Shown here in pieces: positions 1 through 12,031 of a stretch of DNA of 32,000 nt (within the stretch, counting starts at the first letter, position 1; each line of letters starts with the position of its first letter). The position numbers and the translations under genes are program-made. Source of the DNA: Thalassospira marina (GTDB taxonomy: Bacteria > Pseudomonadota > Alphaproteobacteria > Rhodospirillales > Thalassospiraceae). The notes under the pieces are model-generated. The model did no database searches. It saw only the letters and a program-made list of their open reading frames with translations, and was not told the DNA's origin. The DNA is taken from contig NZ_CP024199.1 in assembly GCF_002844375.1 (NCBI RefSeq), positions 1,297,815-1,329,814 of the forward strand, written 5' to 3'.

Positions 1-702
<702 letters not shown>

Positions 703-735
703 GGATTTACGCGCAAGGTTATTAAAGAATCAGAG

Positions 736-771
736 ACGAACCGGGAATTTCTTATCGACGCCCCGGTTCGT
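736..771 (+). terminator. Hairpin downstream of rpoC, possible terminator (weak T tract)
   Basis: Perfect 10-bp inverted repeat ACGAACCGGG (736-745) / CCCGGTTCGT (762-771), 16-nt loop, followed only by TTCGG. Confidence 0.5.
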
Positions 772-814
772 TTCGGCGTTTGAAGCGCCAACTCGATGGC
801 TCCAAGGGTTTTGC

Positions 815-843
815 TTGACGCGATATGGGCCCGTCACTAGTAT
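815..843 (+). promoter_or_regulatory. Candidate sigma70-type promoter for the rpsL (str) operon
   Basis: TTGACG (815-820), 17-nt spacer, TAGTAT (838-843), in the 369-nt rpoC-rpsL intergenic region. Confidence 0.55.
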
Positions 844-944
844 GCGCCCACCGAATCTTGGGGGGTGTTTCTGTGACGGTGCCGATAATGGTTCCGGGCG
901 GAAACGCCCTTCCGTCGCATCAAGCGACTTTGACGGCCGTCGAG

Positions 945-965
945 GCAGGATCAAACCTGCTTTTT
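945..965 (+). promoter_or_regulatory. Small hairpin plus T5 in rpsL leader, attenuator-like
   Basis: GCAGG (945-949) ATCAAA CCTGC (956-960) immediately followed by TTTTT (961-965), downstream of the candidate promoter and upstream of rpsL. Confidence 0.35.
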
Positions 966-1071
966 GGGCGTCCGCAATGTTTTTGTCTTTATGGCAAAAG
1001 CAGCGCGGTCGCTCGTCGTGCGTCGATAGAGTACGCCCAAGTGGCGTCCGTTAAGGCAAAAGGGAAAGTTA

Positions 1072-1443
1072 ATGCCTACTATTAACCAGCTGATCCGCAA
1101 GTCGCGGTCACCGCGCTCGCAGCGCGATATGGTGCCTGCACTGGAAGCATGCCCGCAGAAGCGTGGCGTGTGCACCCGTGTTTACACCACCACCCCGAAG
1201 AAGCCGAACTCGGCACTTCGTAAGGTTGCCCGTGTCCGTTTGACTAACGGCTACGAAGTAACCAGCTACATCCCGGGTGAAGGCCACAACCTGCAGGAAC
1301 ACTCCGTCGTCATGATCCGTGGCGGCCGCGTGAAGGACTTGCCGGGTGTTCGTTATCACATTATTCGCGGTACCCTCGATACACAGGGTGTTAAAGACCG
1401 TAAGCAGCGTCGTTCGAAATACGGCGCGAAGCGTCCGAAATAA
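1072..1443 (+). CDS. rpsL: 30S ribosomal protein S12
   Basis: [12 protein letters not shown]...[49 protein letters not shown]; syntenic. Confidence 0.99.
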   Translation: MPTINQLIRKSRSPRSQRDMVPALEACPQKRGVCTRVYTTTPKKPNSALRKVARVRLTNGYEVTSYIPGEGHNLQEHSVVMIRGGRVKDLPGVRYHIIRGTLDTQGVKDRKQRRSKYGAKRPK

Positions 1444-1455
1444 GGAGCGCATTGA

Positions 1456-1923
<468 letters not shown>

Positions 1924-1950
1924 CCCAGACCCAAAGATCAAGAGTCGATT

Positions 1951-4032
1951 ATGGTACAACGTACTCCGATCTCTCGGTATCGCAATATCGGCATCATGGC
2001 GCACATTGATGCCGGTAAAACCACGACAACCGAGCGAATTCTATTCTACACCGGCAAGTCCTACAAAATCGGCGAAGTCCATGACGGCGCCGCTACGATG
2101 GACTGGATGGAACAGGAACAGGAACGCGGCATTACGATTACGTCTGCTGCGACGACCTGCTTCTGGAAAGATCACCGCATTAACATCATCGACACCCCGG
2201 GCCACGTTGACTTCACCATTGAAGTTGAACGTTCGCTCCGCGTGCTCGACGGTGCTTGTGCCGTGTTTGACGCAGTTTCCGGCGTTGAGCCGCAGACCGA
2301 AACCGTATGGCGCCAGGCTGACAAATACCACGTCCCGCGGATGTGCTTTGTCAACAAGATGGACCGTACCGGCGCGGACTTCTTCCGTTGCGTTGAAATG
2401 ATGAAAGAACGTCTCGGTGCCAACACGGCTGTGTTGCAGCTGCCGATTGGTTCCGAAGCAGAATTCGAAGGTGTTGTCGATCTGGTTCGCAACAAGGAAA
2501 TCGTCTGGAAAGACGAATCCCTGGGCGCCGAGTTCGAATACCGCGATGTTCGCGAATCCCTGGTTGACCAGGCGAACGAATATCGTGAAGCCCTGATCGA
2601 AGCTGCCGTCGAATTCGACGAAGAAGTCATGGAAGCGTATCTGGAAGGCGACATGCCGTCCGAAGAAACGCTGATCGCCTGTATCCGTAAGGGTACCCTG
2701 GCTTCCAAGCTGGTCCCGGTTCTGCTCGGTACTGCGTTCAAGAACAAAGGCGTTCAGCCGCTTCTTGATGCTGTTATCGATTACATGCCGGCTCCGGATG
2801 ACATCACCGATGTTCGCGGCGTCAAGCCGAACACCGAAGATGAACCCGATTCACGTCCGCTGAATGACGAAGCACCGTTCTCGGCGCTGGCATTCAAGAT
2901 CATGAGCGACCCGTTTGTTGGTTCTCTGACCTTCATCCGTATTTACTCGGGTGTTCTTGATGCCGGTTCGTACGTTCTGAACTCCGTTAAGGAGAAGAAA
3001 GAACGTATCGGTCGTATGCTGCTTATGCATTCAAACAACCGTGAAGAAATCAAATACGCCTGCTCGGGTGACATCGTGGCACTGGTCGGTATGAAAGATA
3101 CCACCACCGGTGATACGCTTTGCGATCCGGCCAAGCCGATCATTCTGGAACGCATGGAGTTCCCGGATCCCGTTATCGAAATTGCTGTTGAGCCGAAAAC
3201 CAAGGCTGACCAGGAAAAGATGGGTCTGGCACTCGCACGTCTGGCACAGGAAGATCCGTCTTTCCGCGTCAAGACCGACCACGAATCCGGCCAGACCGTG
3301 ATTTCGGGCATGGGCGAACTGCACCTCGACATTATCGTCGACCGTATGAAGCGTGAATTCAAGGTCGAAGCTAACGTTGGCGCGCCGCAGGTTGCCTATC
3401 GCGAAACCATTTCGCAGCAGGTCGATATCGACTACACCCACAAGAAGCAGTCTGGTGGTTCGGGTCAGTTCGCCCGTATCAAGTTGACCTTCACGCCGGG
3501 TGAGCCGGGCAGCGGGTTCTCCTTCACCGATACCGTCGTTGGCGGTAACGTTCCGAAGGAATACATCCCCGGTGTTGCCAAGGGTCTCGAAAGCTCGCTG
3601 CCGAATGGCGTTATCGCGGGCTTCCCGGTTACCGACCTTTCCATCACCCTGACCGACGGTGCATACCACGACGTCGACTCCAGCGTGATGGCCTTCGAAA
3701 TCGCTGCACGTGCCGCCTTCCGTGAAGGTCTCGCAAAAGCTCGCCCGAAGCTTCTCGAGCCGATCATGAAGGTTGAAGTCGTGACCCCTGAAGAATACAT
3801 GGGCGACATCATTGGCGACCTGAACAGCCGTCGTGGCCAGGTTCGTGACATGGACTCTCGCGGTATCGCGCGCGTCGTCACGGCTTTTGTCCCGCTGGCA
3901 AACATGTTCGGTTACGTCAACACGCTGCGTTCCATGTCGCAGGGCCGCGCCCAGTTCGTCATGCAGTTCGATCATTACGCCGACGTGCCGCAGGCTGTCG
4001 CGGACGAAGTCCGTGCCAAATCGGCCGGTTAA
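1951..4032 (+). CDS. fusA: Elongation factor G
   Basis: 693 aa; [23 protein letters not shown]1 motif, [45 protein letters not shown]. Confidence 0.99.
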   Translation: MVQRTPISRYRNIGIMAHIDAGKTTTTERILFYTGKSYKIGEVHDGAATMDWMEQEQERGITITSAATTCFWKDHRINIIDTPGHVDFTIEVERSLRVLDGACAVFDAVSGVEPQTETVWRQADKYHVPRMCFVNKMDRTGADFFRCVEMMKERLGANTAVLQLPIGSEAEFEGVVDLVRNKEIVWKDESLGAEFEYRDVRESLVDQANEYREALIEAAVEFDEEVMEAYLEGDMPSEETLIACIRKGTLASKLVPVLLGTAFKNKGVQPLLDAVIDYMPAPDDITDVRGVKPNTEDEPDSRPLNDEAPFSALAFKIMSDPFVGSLTFIRIYSGVLDAGSYVLNSVKEKKERIGRMLLMHSNNREEIKYACSGDIVALVGMKDTTTGDTLCDPAKPIILERMEFPDPVIEIAVEPKTKADQEKMGLALARLAQEDPSFRVKTDHESGQTVISGMGELHLDIIVDRMKREFKVEANVGAPQVAYRETISQQVDIDYTHKKQSGGSGQFARIKLTFTPGEPGSGFSFTDTVVGGNVPKEYIPGVAKGLESSLPNGVIAGFPVTDLSITLTDGAYHDVDSSVMAFEIAARAAFREGLAKARPKLLEPIMKVEVVTPEEYMGDIIGDLNSRRGQVRDMDSRGIARVVTAFVPLANMFGYVNTLRSMSQGRAQFVMQFDHYADVPQAVADEVRAKSAG

Positions 4033-4061
4033 GGCGAAGCTAGGAATAAACGGAGTTTAAA

Positions 4062-5252
4062 ATGGCTAAAGAAAAATTTGCGCGTACAAAGCCGCACGTC
4101 AACGTTGGCACCGTCGGCCACGTTGACCACGGTAAAACCACGCTGACCGCAGCGATCACCAAAGTTCTTGCAGAGCAGGGCGGTGCATCGTTCCAGGACT
4201 ACAGCATGATCGACAAAGCACCGGAAGAGAAAGCTCGTGGTATCACGATCTCGACCGCGCACGTCGAATATGAAACCGAAAACCGCCACTATGCGCACGT
4301 CGATTGCCCGGGCCACGCTGACTATGTGAAGAACATGATCACCGGTGCTGCCCAGATGGACGGTGGCATTCTCGTTGTTTCGGCTGCTGACGGCCCCATG
4401 CCGCAGACCCGTGAGCACATCCTGCTTGCACGCCAGGTTGGCGTTCCGGCACTGGTCGTGTTCATGAACAAGGTTGACCAGGTTGACGACGAAGAGCTGC
4501 TCGAACTCGTCGAAATGGAAATCCGCGAACTTCTGTCTTCCTACGACTTCCCGGGCGACGATATTCCGATCGTCAAGGGTTCGGCTCTTGCTGCACTTGA
4601 AGGTCGTGATGACGAAATCGGCAAGAACGCGATTCTCGAGCTGATGAAAGCCGTTGACGATTACATCCCGGCTCCGGATCGTCCGAAAGACCGTCCGTTC
4701 CTGATGCCGATCGAAGACGTGTTCTCGATTTCGGGTCGTGGTACCGTTGTTACCGGCCGTGTTGAAACCGGTATCGTCAAGGTTGGTGAAGAAGTCGAAA
4801 TCGTCGGCATCAAAGCAACCGTTAAAACCACCGTTACCGGCGTTGAAATGTTCCGCAAGCTGCTCGACCAGGGCGAAGCTGGCGACAACATCGGCGCGCT
4901 GCTGCGTGGCACCAAGCGTGAAGACGTCGAACGTGGCCAGGTTCTGGCACATGTTGGCTCGATCAACCCGCACACCAAATTCCAGGCAGAAGCCTACATC
5001 CTGACGAAGGATGAAGGTGGCCGTCACACGCCGTTCTTCTCGAACTACCGTCCGCAGTTCTACTTCCGTACGACTGACGTGACCGGTTCGATCGAACTGC
5101 CGGAAGGCACCGAAATGGTGATGCCGGGCGACAACGTTCAGATGACCGCCACCCTGATCGCGCCGATCGCGATGGACGAAGGTCTGCGTTTCGCAATCCG
5201 TGAAGGCGGTCGTACCGTCGGCGCGGGCGTCGTTGCCAAGATCATCGAATAA
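4062..5252 (+). CDS. tuf: Elongation factor Tu
   Basis: 396 aa; [47 protein letters not shown]; 3' of fusA. Confidence 0.99.
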   Translation: MAKEKFARTKPHVNVGTVGHVDHGKTTLTAAITKVLAEQGGASFQDYSMIDKAPEEKARGITISTAHVEYETENRHYAHVDCPGHADYVKNMITGAAQMDGGILVVSAADGPMPQTREHILLARQVGVPALVVFMNKVDQVDDEELLELVEMEIRELLSSYDFPGDDIPIVKGSALAALEGRDDEIGKNAILELMKAVDDYIPAPDRPKDRPFLMPIEDVFSISGRGTVVTGRVETGIVKVGEEVEIVGIKATVKTTVTGVEMFRKLLDQGEAGDNIGALLRGTKREDVERGQVLAHVGSINPHTKFQAEAYILTKDEGGRHTPFFSNYRPQFYFRTTDVTGSIELPEGTEMVMPGDNVQMTATLIAPIAMDEGLRFAIREGGRTVGAGVVAKIIE

Positions 5253-5270
5253 TTTTCCTTGATCTTTGTG

Positions 5271-5307
5271 TCGCGGGCGGCTACATAAGCCGCCCGCGAT
5301 ACTTTTT
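5271..5307 (+). terminator. Intrinsic terminator downstream of tuf
   Basis: Perfect 12-bp stem TCGCGGGCGGCT (5271-5282) / AGCCGCCCGCGA (5288-5299), 5-nt loop ACATA, followed by TACTTTTT. Confidence 0.85.
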
Positions 5308-5335
5308 GCGGCAATCGTCAACTCCAGTTGAGGGG

Positions 5336-5359
5336 CCGGTGTCCTTTTGAGGGCTCCGG
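5336..5359 (+). promoter_or_regulatory. rpsJ leader hairpin, candidate cis-regulatory element
   Basis: CCGG (5336-5339) pairs with CCGG (5356-5359), U-U mismatch, then GTCCT (5341-5345) pairs with AGGGC (5350-5354) including one G-U; loop TTTG. It ends 11 nt before the rpsJ ATG and contains the only GAGGG in the leader's last 20 nt. Confidence 0.45.
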
Positions 5360-5370
5360 TACATAATTAC

Positions 5371-5679
5371 ATGGATAGTCAGAACATTCGCATTCGCCTG
5401 AAGGCGTTTGACCATCGCGTGCTGGACCAGTCCACGCGCGAGATCGTCAATACGGCGAAGCGCACTGGCGCAGAGGTCCGCGGCCCGATTCCGCTGCCGA
5501 CCCGCATTGAGAAATACACTGTTCTGCGGTCTCCGCACATTGACAAAAAGTCACGTGAACAGTTCGAAATCCGTACGCACAAGCGTCTTCTCGACATTGT
5601 CGACCCGACTCCGCAAACCGTTGATGCTCTGATGAAGCTCGACCTTGCGGCCGGTGTTGACGTCGAGATCAAGCTTTAA
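5371..5679 (+). CDS. rpsJ: 30S ribosomal protein S10
   Basis: [44 protein letters not shown]; ATG at 5371 preferred over the in-frame TTG at 5347 by family N-terminus. Confidence 0.97.
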   Translation: MDSQNIRIRLKAFDHRVLDQSTREIVNTAKRTGAEVRGPIPLPTRIEKYTVLRSPHIDKKSREQFEIRTHKRLLDIVDPTPQTVDALMKLDLAAGVDVEIKL

Positions 5680-5695
5680 TCGGGAGTAAGCCGCA

Positions 5696-6409
5696 ATGCG
5701 TAGTGGACTTATTACCCAGAAAGTCGGCATGACCCGCATCTTCACCGATGAGGGTGTGCATATTCCTGTGACCGTCCTGAAGGTTGATAACCTGCAGGTC
5801 GTTGCAAACCGTACCAATGATGTCGACGGTTACGTCGCCGTACAGCTGGGTTACGGCAAGGCAAAAGTTAAAAACGTATCGAAGCCGATGCGTGGTCACT
5901 TTGCCAAAGCAAAAGTCGAACCGAAAGCCAAGCTCGTCGAATTCCGCGTCAGCGAAGACGGCCTGATTGAAGTTGGCGCTGAACTTTCAGCCGCTCACTT
6001 CCTCGAAGGTCAGTATGTTGACGTTATCGGGACCTCGATCGGTAAAGGTTTTGCCGGTGCGATGAAGCGTCACAACTTCGGTGGTCTGCGTGCGTCGCAC
6101 GGTGTGTCTGTTTCGCACCGTTCGCATGGTTCCACTGGTCAGTGCCAGGATCCGGGCCGCGTCTTCAAAGGTAAGAAGATGGCTGGTCACCTCGGTGCTG
6201 CCCGCGTCACCGTTCAGAGCCTGAAGGTCGTTTCGACCGACGCTGACAAAGGTCTGGTTCTGGTTCACGGTGCTGTTCCGGGTCACCAGGGCGCCTATGT
6301 CCTTGTCAAGGATGCCGTGAAACGCGCTGCACCGGAAGGTCTGCCGTTCCCGGCCGCGCTTAAGGGTGCTGCCCCGGTTGCTGAAGCTGCCGCCGAGGAT
6401 AAGGAATAA
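5696..6409 (+). CDS. rplC: 50S ribosomal protein L3
   Basis: [36 protein letters not shown]...[47 protein letters not shown]. Confidence 0.98.
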   Translation: MRSGLITQKVGMTRIFTDEGVHIPVTVLKVDNLQVVANRTNDVDGYVAVQLGYGKAKVKNVSKPMRGHFAKAKVEPKAKLVEFRVSEDGLIEVGAELSAAHFLEGQYVDVIGTSIGKGFAGAMKRHNFGGLRASHGVSVSHRSHGSTGQCQDPGRVFKGKKMAGHLGAARVTVQSLKVVSTDADKGLVLVHGAVPGHQGAYVLVKDAVKRAAPEGLPFPAALKGAAPVAEAAAEDKE

Positions 6410-6414
6410 GCATC

Positions 6415-7035
6415 ATGAAGCTCGACGTATTGAACCTGGACGCTTCCAGCGCCGGCAACATTGATCTTGCAGAAGAGATCTTCGGCCTGGAAGTTCGTCG
6501 TGACATTCTTCACCGCATGGTGACCTGGCAGCTGGCGAAACGCCGTGCCGGTACCCACAAGGTTAAAGAAAAAAGCGAAATCTCTGCGACCACGAAAAAG
6601 TTCGTTCGCCAGAAGGGCAGTGGCGGTGCACGTCACGGTTCCCGCAAGGCCGTTCAGTTCCGTGGTGGTGGTGTAGCGCATGGTCCGCGCGTTCGTGACC
6701 ATTCGCACGATCTGACCAAGAAATTCCGCAAGCTCGCGCTGAAAACCGCTCTGTCGGCCAAAGCGAAAGACGGCAAGCTTGTCGTCCTCGACAGCGCGGA
6801 TTTCTCGGAATCCAAAACCAAGGCTCTGGCCGTTGCTTTTAACAAGCTCGGTTGGAAATCGGCACTCATCATCGACGGTGCATCGGTCAACGAAGGTTTT
6901 GCTCGCGCAGCGCGCAACATCCCGCAGATCGACGTTCTGCCGCAGGTTGGTGCCAACGTCTATGACATCCTGCGCCGTGACACCCTGGTGCTGACCAAGG
7001 GTGCGGTCGAAGCGTTGGAGGCACGTCTCAAATGA
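6415..7035 (+). CDS. rplD: 50S ribosomal protein L4
   Basis: 206 aa; [52 protein letters not shown]; syntenic. Confidence 0.98.
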   Translation: MKLDVLNLDASSAGNIDLAEEIFGLEVRRDILHRMVTWQLAKRRAGTHKVKEKSEISATTKKFVRQKGSGGARHGSRKAVQFRGGGVAHGPRVRDHSHDLTKKFRKLALKTALSAKAKDGKLVVLDSADFSESKTKALAVAFNKLGWKSALIIDGASVNEGFARAARNIPQIDVLPQVGANVYDILRRDTLVLTKGAVEALEARLK

Positions 7036-7334
7036 CGATCATCAGCAAAGAGCGGATGTACGAAGTCATCCGCGCCCCGCATATTACTGAAAAGTCGACG
7101 CTGATTTCTGAACACAACGCTGTTGCGTTCAAAGTCGCTATCGACGCCACCAAGCCGGAAATCAAGGCTGCTGTGGAAGGTCTGTTCGGGGTGAAGGTCA
7201 AGGCGGTTAACACCTCAGTGGTGAAAGGCAAGACCAAGCGTTTTCGTGGTACTGCCGGCCGTCGGAGTGATTTCAAGAAAGCGATGGTTACCCTCGAAGA
7301 GGGTCAGTCCATCGACGTGACGACGGGAATCTAA
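7032..7334 (+). CDS. rplW: 50S ribosomal protein L23
   Basis: [52 protein letters not shown]; 4-nt ATGA overlap with rplD. Confidence 0.98.
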   Translation: MTIISKERMYEVIRAPHITEKSTLISEHNAVAFKVAIDATKPEIKAAVEGLFGVKVKAVNTSVVKGKTKRFRGTAGRRSDFKKAMVTLEEGQSIDVTTGI

Positions 7335-7338
7335 GACA

Positions 7339-8166
7339 ATGGCTTTGAAGAAGTTTAAACCAACATCTCCTGGTCGCCGTCAGCTGGTTCTTGTCGATCG
7401 CTCCGATCTCCACAAGGGCAAGCCGATCAAAGCGCTGACCGAAGGTCTGCGCAAGAAAGGCGGCCGTAACAACGCAGGTCGTATCACTGCCCGTCGTATC
7501 GGTGGTGGTCACAAGCGTCGTTACCGTATTATCGACTTCAAACGTAACAAGTTTGATGTTGTCGGTACGGTCGAACGTCTGGAATACGATCCGAACCGTA
7601 CGGCGTTCATCGCCCTGGTTCGTTATTCCGACGACGAACTGGCCTACATCCTCGCACCGCAGCGTCTCGCAGTTGGCGACCAGATTGTCGCTTCCGACCG
7701 CGTAGACATCAAGCCGGGTAATGCCGCACCGCTGAAGAATATTCCGGTCGGTACCATCGTCCATAACGTCGAACTGAAAGCCGGTAAAGGTGGTCAGGTC
7801 GCACGTTCGGCAGGCGCCTATGTGCAGCTTGTCGGTAAGGACCAGGGTTACGCCCAGCTGAAGCTGTCCTCCGGTGAAGTGCGTTTGGTTCGTGGTGAAT
7901 GCATGGCAACGATTGGTGCCGTGTCCAACCAGGACCAGCAGAATACGAATCTTGGTAAGGCTGGCCGTAATCGCTGGCTTGGCAAGCGTCCGTCGGTTCG
8001 TGGTGTTGCCATGAACCCGATCGATCACCCGCATGGTGGTGGTGAAGGCCGTACTTCGGGTGGTCGTCACCCGGTTACGCCTTGGGGCAAGCCGACCAAG
8101 GGTAAACGCACCCGCTCGAACAAAAAGACTGACGCGCTCATCATGCGCCGTCGTCACAAGAGCTAA
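7339..8166 (+). CDS. rplB: 50S ribosomal protein L2
   Basis: [20 protein letters not shown]...[28 protein letters not shown]...[34 protein letters not shown]. Confidence 0.99.
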   Translation: MALKKFKPTSPGRRQLVLVDRSDLHKGKPIKALTEGLRKKGGRNNAGRITARRIGGGHKRRYRIIDFKRNKFDVVGTVERLEYDPNRTAFIALVRYSDDELAYILAPQRLAVGDQIVASDRVDIKPGNAAPLKNIPVGTIVHNVELKAGKGGQVARSAGAYVQLVGKDQGYAQLKLSSGEVRLVRGECMATIGAVSNQDQQNTNLGKAGRNRWLGKRPSVRGVAMNPIDHPHGGGEGRTSGGRHPVTPWGKPTKGKRTRSNKKTDALIMRRRHKS

Positions 8167-8182
8167 CGGAGGAGGCTAGACA

Positions 8183-8461
8183 ATGGCGCGTTCCGTTTGG
8201 AAGGGTCCGTTTGTTGACGGATACCTTCTTAAGAAAGCCGATACAGTCCGTGCCTCTGGCCGGAATGAGGTAATTAAGACCTGGTCGCGGCGCTCGACGA
8301 TTCTGCCGCAGTTCGTAGGCCTCACTTTTGGGGTTTACAATGGCCAGAAGTTTCTTCCGGTACTCGTGACCGAAGACATGATTGGTCACAAGTTCGGTGA
8401 ATTCTCGCCGACCCGGACCTATTATGGTCATGCGGCCGACAAAAAGGCGAAGAGGAAGTAA
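8183..8461 (+). CDS. rpsS: 30S ribosomal protein S19
   Basis: [20 protein letters not shown]...[53 protein letters not shown]. Confidence 0.99.
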   Translation: MARSVWKGPFVDGYLLKKADTVRASGRNEVIKTWSRRSTILPQFVGLTFGVYNGQKFLPVLVTEDMIGHKFGEFSPTRTYYGHAADKKAKRK

Positions 8462-8463
8462 CG

Positions 8464-8844
8464 ATGGGTAAGAAAGCTGACATCCGTCGGCTGGCGGATA
8501 ACGAGGCTGCGGCTTCGCTCCGGGCAGTACGCATTTCCCCGCGTAAGCTCAACCTCGTCGCCGAGTCGATTCGTGGTAAGAAGGCCGAAACTGCTTTGGC
8601 AGAACTGACCTTCTCCAACAAGCGTATTTCGAACGACGTCAAGAAGCTGCTGGAATCGGCGATTGCTAACGCCGAAAACAACCACCAGCTTGACGTTGAC
8701 CGTCTGTACGTCAAGGAAGCGACTGTTGGTAAGGCATTTGTGATGAAACGCTGGCGTGCCCGTGCTCGTGGCCGCGTTGGCAAGATCATTAAGCCGTTCT
8801 CCAACATCCGCATCGTTGTTTGCGAACGTGAGGGGGCCGAGTAA
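8464..8844 (+). CDS. rplV: 50S ribosomal protein L22
   Basis: [49 protein letters not shown]; syntenic. Confidence 0.98.
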   Translation: MGKKADIRRLADNEAAASLRAVRISPRKLNLVAESIRGKKAETALAELTFSNKRISNDVKKLLESAIANAENNHQLDVDRLYVKEATVGKAFVMKRWRARARGRVGKIIKPFSNIRIVVCEREGAE

Positions 8845-9530
8845 TGGGTCAGAAAGTTAATCCGATCGGCCTGCGCGTTGGCATCAACCGTACCTGGGAC
8901 TCCCGCTGGTACGCCAACAAGGCTGATTTTGCCGGTCTTCTTCACGAAGACCTGGCGATCCGCAAATTCATCATGGAGCGCCTCAAGCAAGCTGGCGTTG
9001 CCAAGGTGGTTATCGAACGTCCTGCGAAGAAAGCCCGTATTTCGATCCACAGCGCCCGTCCGGGTGTTGTGATCGGCAAGAAGGGCCAGGACATCGAAAA
9101 GCTCAAGAATGATCTGCAGAAGCTGGCAAATGCCGAAGTGCAGGTTAACATCATCGAAATCCGCAAGCCGGAAATCGATGCCAAGCTGGTCGCTGACAAC
9201 ATTGCCCAGCAGCTTGAGCGCCGCGTTTCCTTCCGTCGCGCCATGAAGCGGTCGGTTCAGAATGCCATGCGTCTCGGCGCTGGTGGTGTTCGAATCAACG
9301 CTGCAGGGCGTCTCGGTGGGGCTGAAATTGCTCGTACCGAATGGTATCGTGAAGGTCGCGTTCCGCTGCACACTCTGCGTGCGGATATCGATTATGGCAC
9401 TTCGGAAGCACACACCACCTATGGTGTTTGCGGTCTGAAGGTCTGGATCTTCAAGGGCGAAATCATGGCTCATGATCCGTTGGCTTCCGAGCGCCGTGCG
9501 CTCGAGTCGGCTGGTTCAGGCCGTAAGTAA
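8844..9530 (+). CDS. rpsC: 30S ribosomal protein S3
   Basis: [43 protein letters not shown]...; 1-nt overlap with rplV. Confidence 0.99.
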   Translation: MGQKVNPIGLRVGINRTWDSRWYANKADFAGLLHEDLAIRKFIMERLKQAGVAKVVIERPAKKARISIHSARPGVVIGKKGQDIEKLKNDLQKLANAEVQVNIIEIRKPEIDAKLVADNIAQQLERRVSFRRAMKRSVQNAMRLGAGGVRINAAGRLGGAEIARTEWYREGRVPLHTLRADIDYGTSEAHTTYGVCGLKVWIFKGEIMAHDPLASERRALESAGSGRK

Positions 9531-9542
9531 GGAGATAGAAAG

Positions 9543-9962
9543 ATGCTTTCTCCGAAACGCACAAAGTTCCGTAAAGCCCACAAGGGACGCCTGAAAGGCG
9601 AAGCAAAAGGCGGTACGGATCTTAATTTCGGCGCTTATGGCTTGAAAGCGTTGGAACCGGAGCGTATAACGGCGCGTCAGATCGAAGCGGCTCGCCGCGC
9701 GATCACCCGTCACATCCGCCGTCAAGGCCGGGTGTGGATCCGCGTTTTTCCGGATCTTCCGGTTTCGCAAAAGCCTGCTGAAGTTCGTCAGGGTAAAGGT
9801 AAGGGTTCTGTCGAATATTGGGCAGCCCGCGTCAAACCCGGCCGGATTATGTTTGAACTTGACGGTGTTCCGCTGGATCTTGCACGTCGTGCTTTCGAGC
9901 TCGCTTCGGCAAAATTGCCGATCAAGACCAAGTTTGTCACGCGTCTTGGTGAAGGGGAGTAA
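9543..9962 (+). CDS. rplP: 50S ribosomal protein L16
   Basis: [89 protein letters not shown]. Confidence 0.99.
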   Translation: MLSPKRTKFRKAHKGRLKGEAKGGTDLNFGAYGLKALEPERITARQIEAARRAITRHIRRQGRVWIRVFPDLPVSQKPAEVRQGKGKGSVEYWAARVKPGRIMFELDGVPLDLARRAFELASAKLPIKTKFVTRLGEGE

Positions 9963-9968
9963 TTGGTG

Positions 9969-10169
9969 ATGAAAGTTGCTGATCTCCGCGCTAAAAGCGC
10001 TGATGAGCTGAAGGAAATGCTGCTCGATCTGCGGAAGGAATCGTTTAATATGCGGTTCCAGCAGGCGACCGGGCAGTTCGAGAATACTGCGCGGGTCCGT
10101 CAGGTCCGTCGTGATATTGCCCGCATCAAAACCCTTCTCGGTAACGAGAAGGGTGCGAGCGCGGCCTAA
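9969..10169 (+). CDS. rpmC: 50S ribosomal protein L29
   Basis: [57 protein letters not shown]; ATG at 9969, in-frame TTG/GTG at 9963/9966 also possible. Confidence 0.95.
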   Translation: MKVADLRAKSADELKEMLLDLRKESFNMRFQQATGQFENTARVRQVRRDIARIKTLLGNEKGASAA

Positions 10170-10195
10170 CAGGACACGCATAGGAGTTAAGACAC

Positions 10196-10429
10196 ATGCC
10201 GAGGCGTGTATTGCAGGGGACAGTCGTTTCGACCAAAAACGACAAGACTGTGGTGGTCCGTGTGGAACGCCAGGTCATGCACCCGCTGTATAAAAAGTAC
10301 GTGCGCAAGTCGAAGAAATTCCACGCGCATGATGAAGAGAACCGCTTCAAGACGGGTGACGTCGTTCGTATTCGCGAATGCCGGCCGATCTCGAAACTGA
10401 AGTCTTGGGAAGTAGTGGTCGAGGATTGA
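10196..10429 (+). CDS. rpsQ: 30S ribosomal protein S17
   Basis: [73 protein letters not shown]. Confidence 0.98.
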   Translation: MPRRVLQGTVVSTKNDKTVVVRVERQVMHPLYKKYVRKSKKFHAHDEENRFKTGDVVRIRECRPISKLKSWEVVVED

Positions 10430-10463
10430 GTCCTCAGCCCAATTATAGTCAAGGGGTAAACCC

Positions 10464-10832
10464 ATGATCCAGATGCAGTCCAATCTGGACGTCGCCGACA
10501 ACAGCGGCGCTCGCCGTGTCCAGTGCATCAAGGTGCTGGGCGGCTCGAAGCGTAAAACCGCCAATGTTGGTGATGTTATCGTGGTTTCCGTCAAGGAAGC
10601 CATCCCGCGCGGTCGTGTAAAGAAGGGTGCAGTCCACAAGGCTGTTATCGTTCGTACCGCAAAGGAAATTCGCCGCTCTGACGGGTCTGCGATCCGTTTC
10701 GACCGTAACGCTGCCGTGTTGATCAACAACAATGGTGAGCCGATCGGTACGCGTATTTTTGGCCCGGTAACCCGTGAACTTCGTTCGCGTGGTTACATGA
10801 AGATCATTTCGCTCGCTCCGGAGGTGCTGTAA
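10464..10832 (+). CDS. rplN: 50S ribosomal protein L14
   Basis: [31 protein letters not shown]...[20 protein letters not shown]. Confidence 0.99.
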   Translation: MIQMQSNLDVADNSGARRVQCIKVLGGSKRKTANVGDVIVVSVKEAIPRGRVKKGAVHKAVIVRTAKEIRRSDGSAIRFDRNAAVLINNNGEPIGTRIFGPVTRELRSRGYMKIISLAPEVL

Positions 10833-11149
10833 TGGCTGCCAAAATTAAAAAGGGTGATCGCGTTATTGTTCTGACGGGCAAAGACAAGGGTAAAACCGGC
10901 GAAGTCATCGCCGCTTTCCCTGCCGAAGACAAGGTTCTGGTCCAGGGCGTGAATCTGGTGAAACGTCACCAGCGCGCAACTGGCGCCGATACCGGTGGCA
11001 TCGTCGAGAAGGAAGCGAAAATCAACGTTTCCAACGTCGCGATTGTTGATCCTAAAGAAAACAAGCCGACCCGCGTCGGTTTCAAGACCCTCGATGATGG
11101 TCGCAAGGTTCGCGTTGCGAAGCTCAGCGGCGAAGTCATCGACAACTGA
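10832..11149 (+). CDS. rplX: 50S ribosomal protein L24
   Basis: [45 protein letters not shown]; 1-nt overlap with rplN. Confidence 0.98.
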   Translation: MAAKIKKGDRVIVLTGKDKGKTGEVIAAFPAEDKVLVQGVNLVKRHQRATGADTGGIVEKEAKINVSNVAIVDPKENKPTRVGFKTLDDGRKVRVAKLSGEVIDN

Positions 11150-11160
11150 GGGACGGAAAA

Positions 11161-11700
11161 ATGACGCGCCTGCGCGAACATTATAAGTCAGTGGTGCGTG
11201 ACGCACTCCAGAAAGAATTCTCTTACGAGAATGTGATGGAGATTCCGCGCCTCGAAAAGATCGTGATCAATATGGGTGTCGGCGACGCCACCCAGGATCG
11301 CAAAAAGCTGGAAGGTGCAGCTGCGGACCTCGCAGCCATCACCGGTCAGAAACCGATCTTCACCAAAGCGAAAAAGTCCGTTGCGGCTTTCAAGCTGCGT
11401 GAAGGTATGAACATCGGTTGTAAAGTGACCCTGCGTCGCGACCGTATGTTCGAATTCCTGGATCGTCTGGTAACGATCGCGCTGCCGCGCGTTCGTGACT
11501 TCCGCGGTCTGAACAAGAAATCCTTCGACGGTCGTGGCAACTTCGCCATGGGCCTCAAGGAGCAGTTTGTTTTTCCTGAAGTCGAATATGACAAAGTCGA
11601 TTCGGTCCGCGGGATGGACATTATCATTTGTACCACGGCTAAGTCCGACAGCGAAGCTCTTGCCCTTCTTAAGGGTTTTGATCTTCCGTTCGGAAACTAA
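11161..11700 (+). CDS. rplE: 50S ribosomal protein L5
   Basis: [44 protein letters not shown]...[33 protein letters not shown]. Confidence 0.99.
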   Translation: MTRLREHYKSVVRDALQKEFSYENVMEIPRLEKIVINMGVGDATQDRKKLEGAAADLAAITGQKPIFTKAKKSVAAFKLREGMNIGCKVTLRRDRMFEFLDRLVTIALPRVRDFRGLNKKSFDGRGNFAMGLKEQFVFPEVEYDKVDSVRGMDIIICTTAKSDSEALALLKGFDLPFGN

Positions 11701-11713
11701 CGGAGGTTGGCCC

Positions 11714-12019
11714 ATGGCCAAGAAAAGTTCTGTACAGCGCGAACTTAAACGTGAGCGTCTGGCAAAGCAGTATGCCAACAAGCGTGCTGCCCTGAAATCG
11801 ATCATTGCCGATCGCGAGACTTCTTTTGAAGAACGTGTCGTAGCTGTGATGAAACTTGCCCAGCTGCCGCGCAACTCGGCACGGAACCGTCAGCGTATTC
11901 GCTGCGCGGTTTCCGGTCGTCCGCGTGGTGTCTATCGTAAATTCCGCCTGTCCCGTATCGCTCTGCGTGAACTTGCTTCGCGTGGCCAGATCCCGGGCAT
12001 GGTGAAGTCGAGCTGGTAA
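11714..12019 (+). CDS. rpsN: 30S ribosomal protein S14 (long, zinc-independent type)
   Basis: [28 protein letters not shown]...[45 protein letters not shown]; long ~101-aa form without CxxC pair. Confidence 0.98.
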   Translation: MAKKSSVQRELKRERLAKQYANKRAALKSIIADRETSFEERVVAVMKLAQLPRNSARNRQRIRCAVSGRPRGVYRKFRLSRIALRELASRGQIPGMVKSSW

Positions 12020-12031
12020 GGAGGACATCAC

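Noticed and set aside
1198-1335. Streptomycin-resistance-type changes in rpsL
   Set aside because: The TPKKPNS and [11 protein letters not shown] segments match the wild-type consensus (both critical lysines and the proline retained), so no resistance allele.
4029-5321. Minus-strand 430-aa ORF opposite tuf, plus similar long ORFs at 1108-2004, 3031-3975, 7288-8157 and 8322-9473
   Set aside because: These are shadow ORFs antisense to highly conserved genes in high-GC, codon-biased DNA. Their translations are low-complexity or unlike known proteins, and the plus-strand genes fully explain the sequence.
5360-5374. TACATAAT immediately before the rpsJ ATG as a -10 box for a leaderless transcript
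   Set aside because: No -35-like sequence at suitable spacing, and the start point would fall inside the start codon region.
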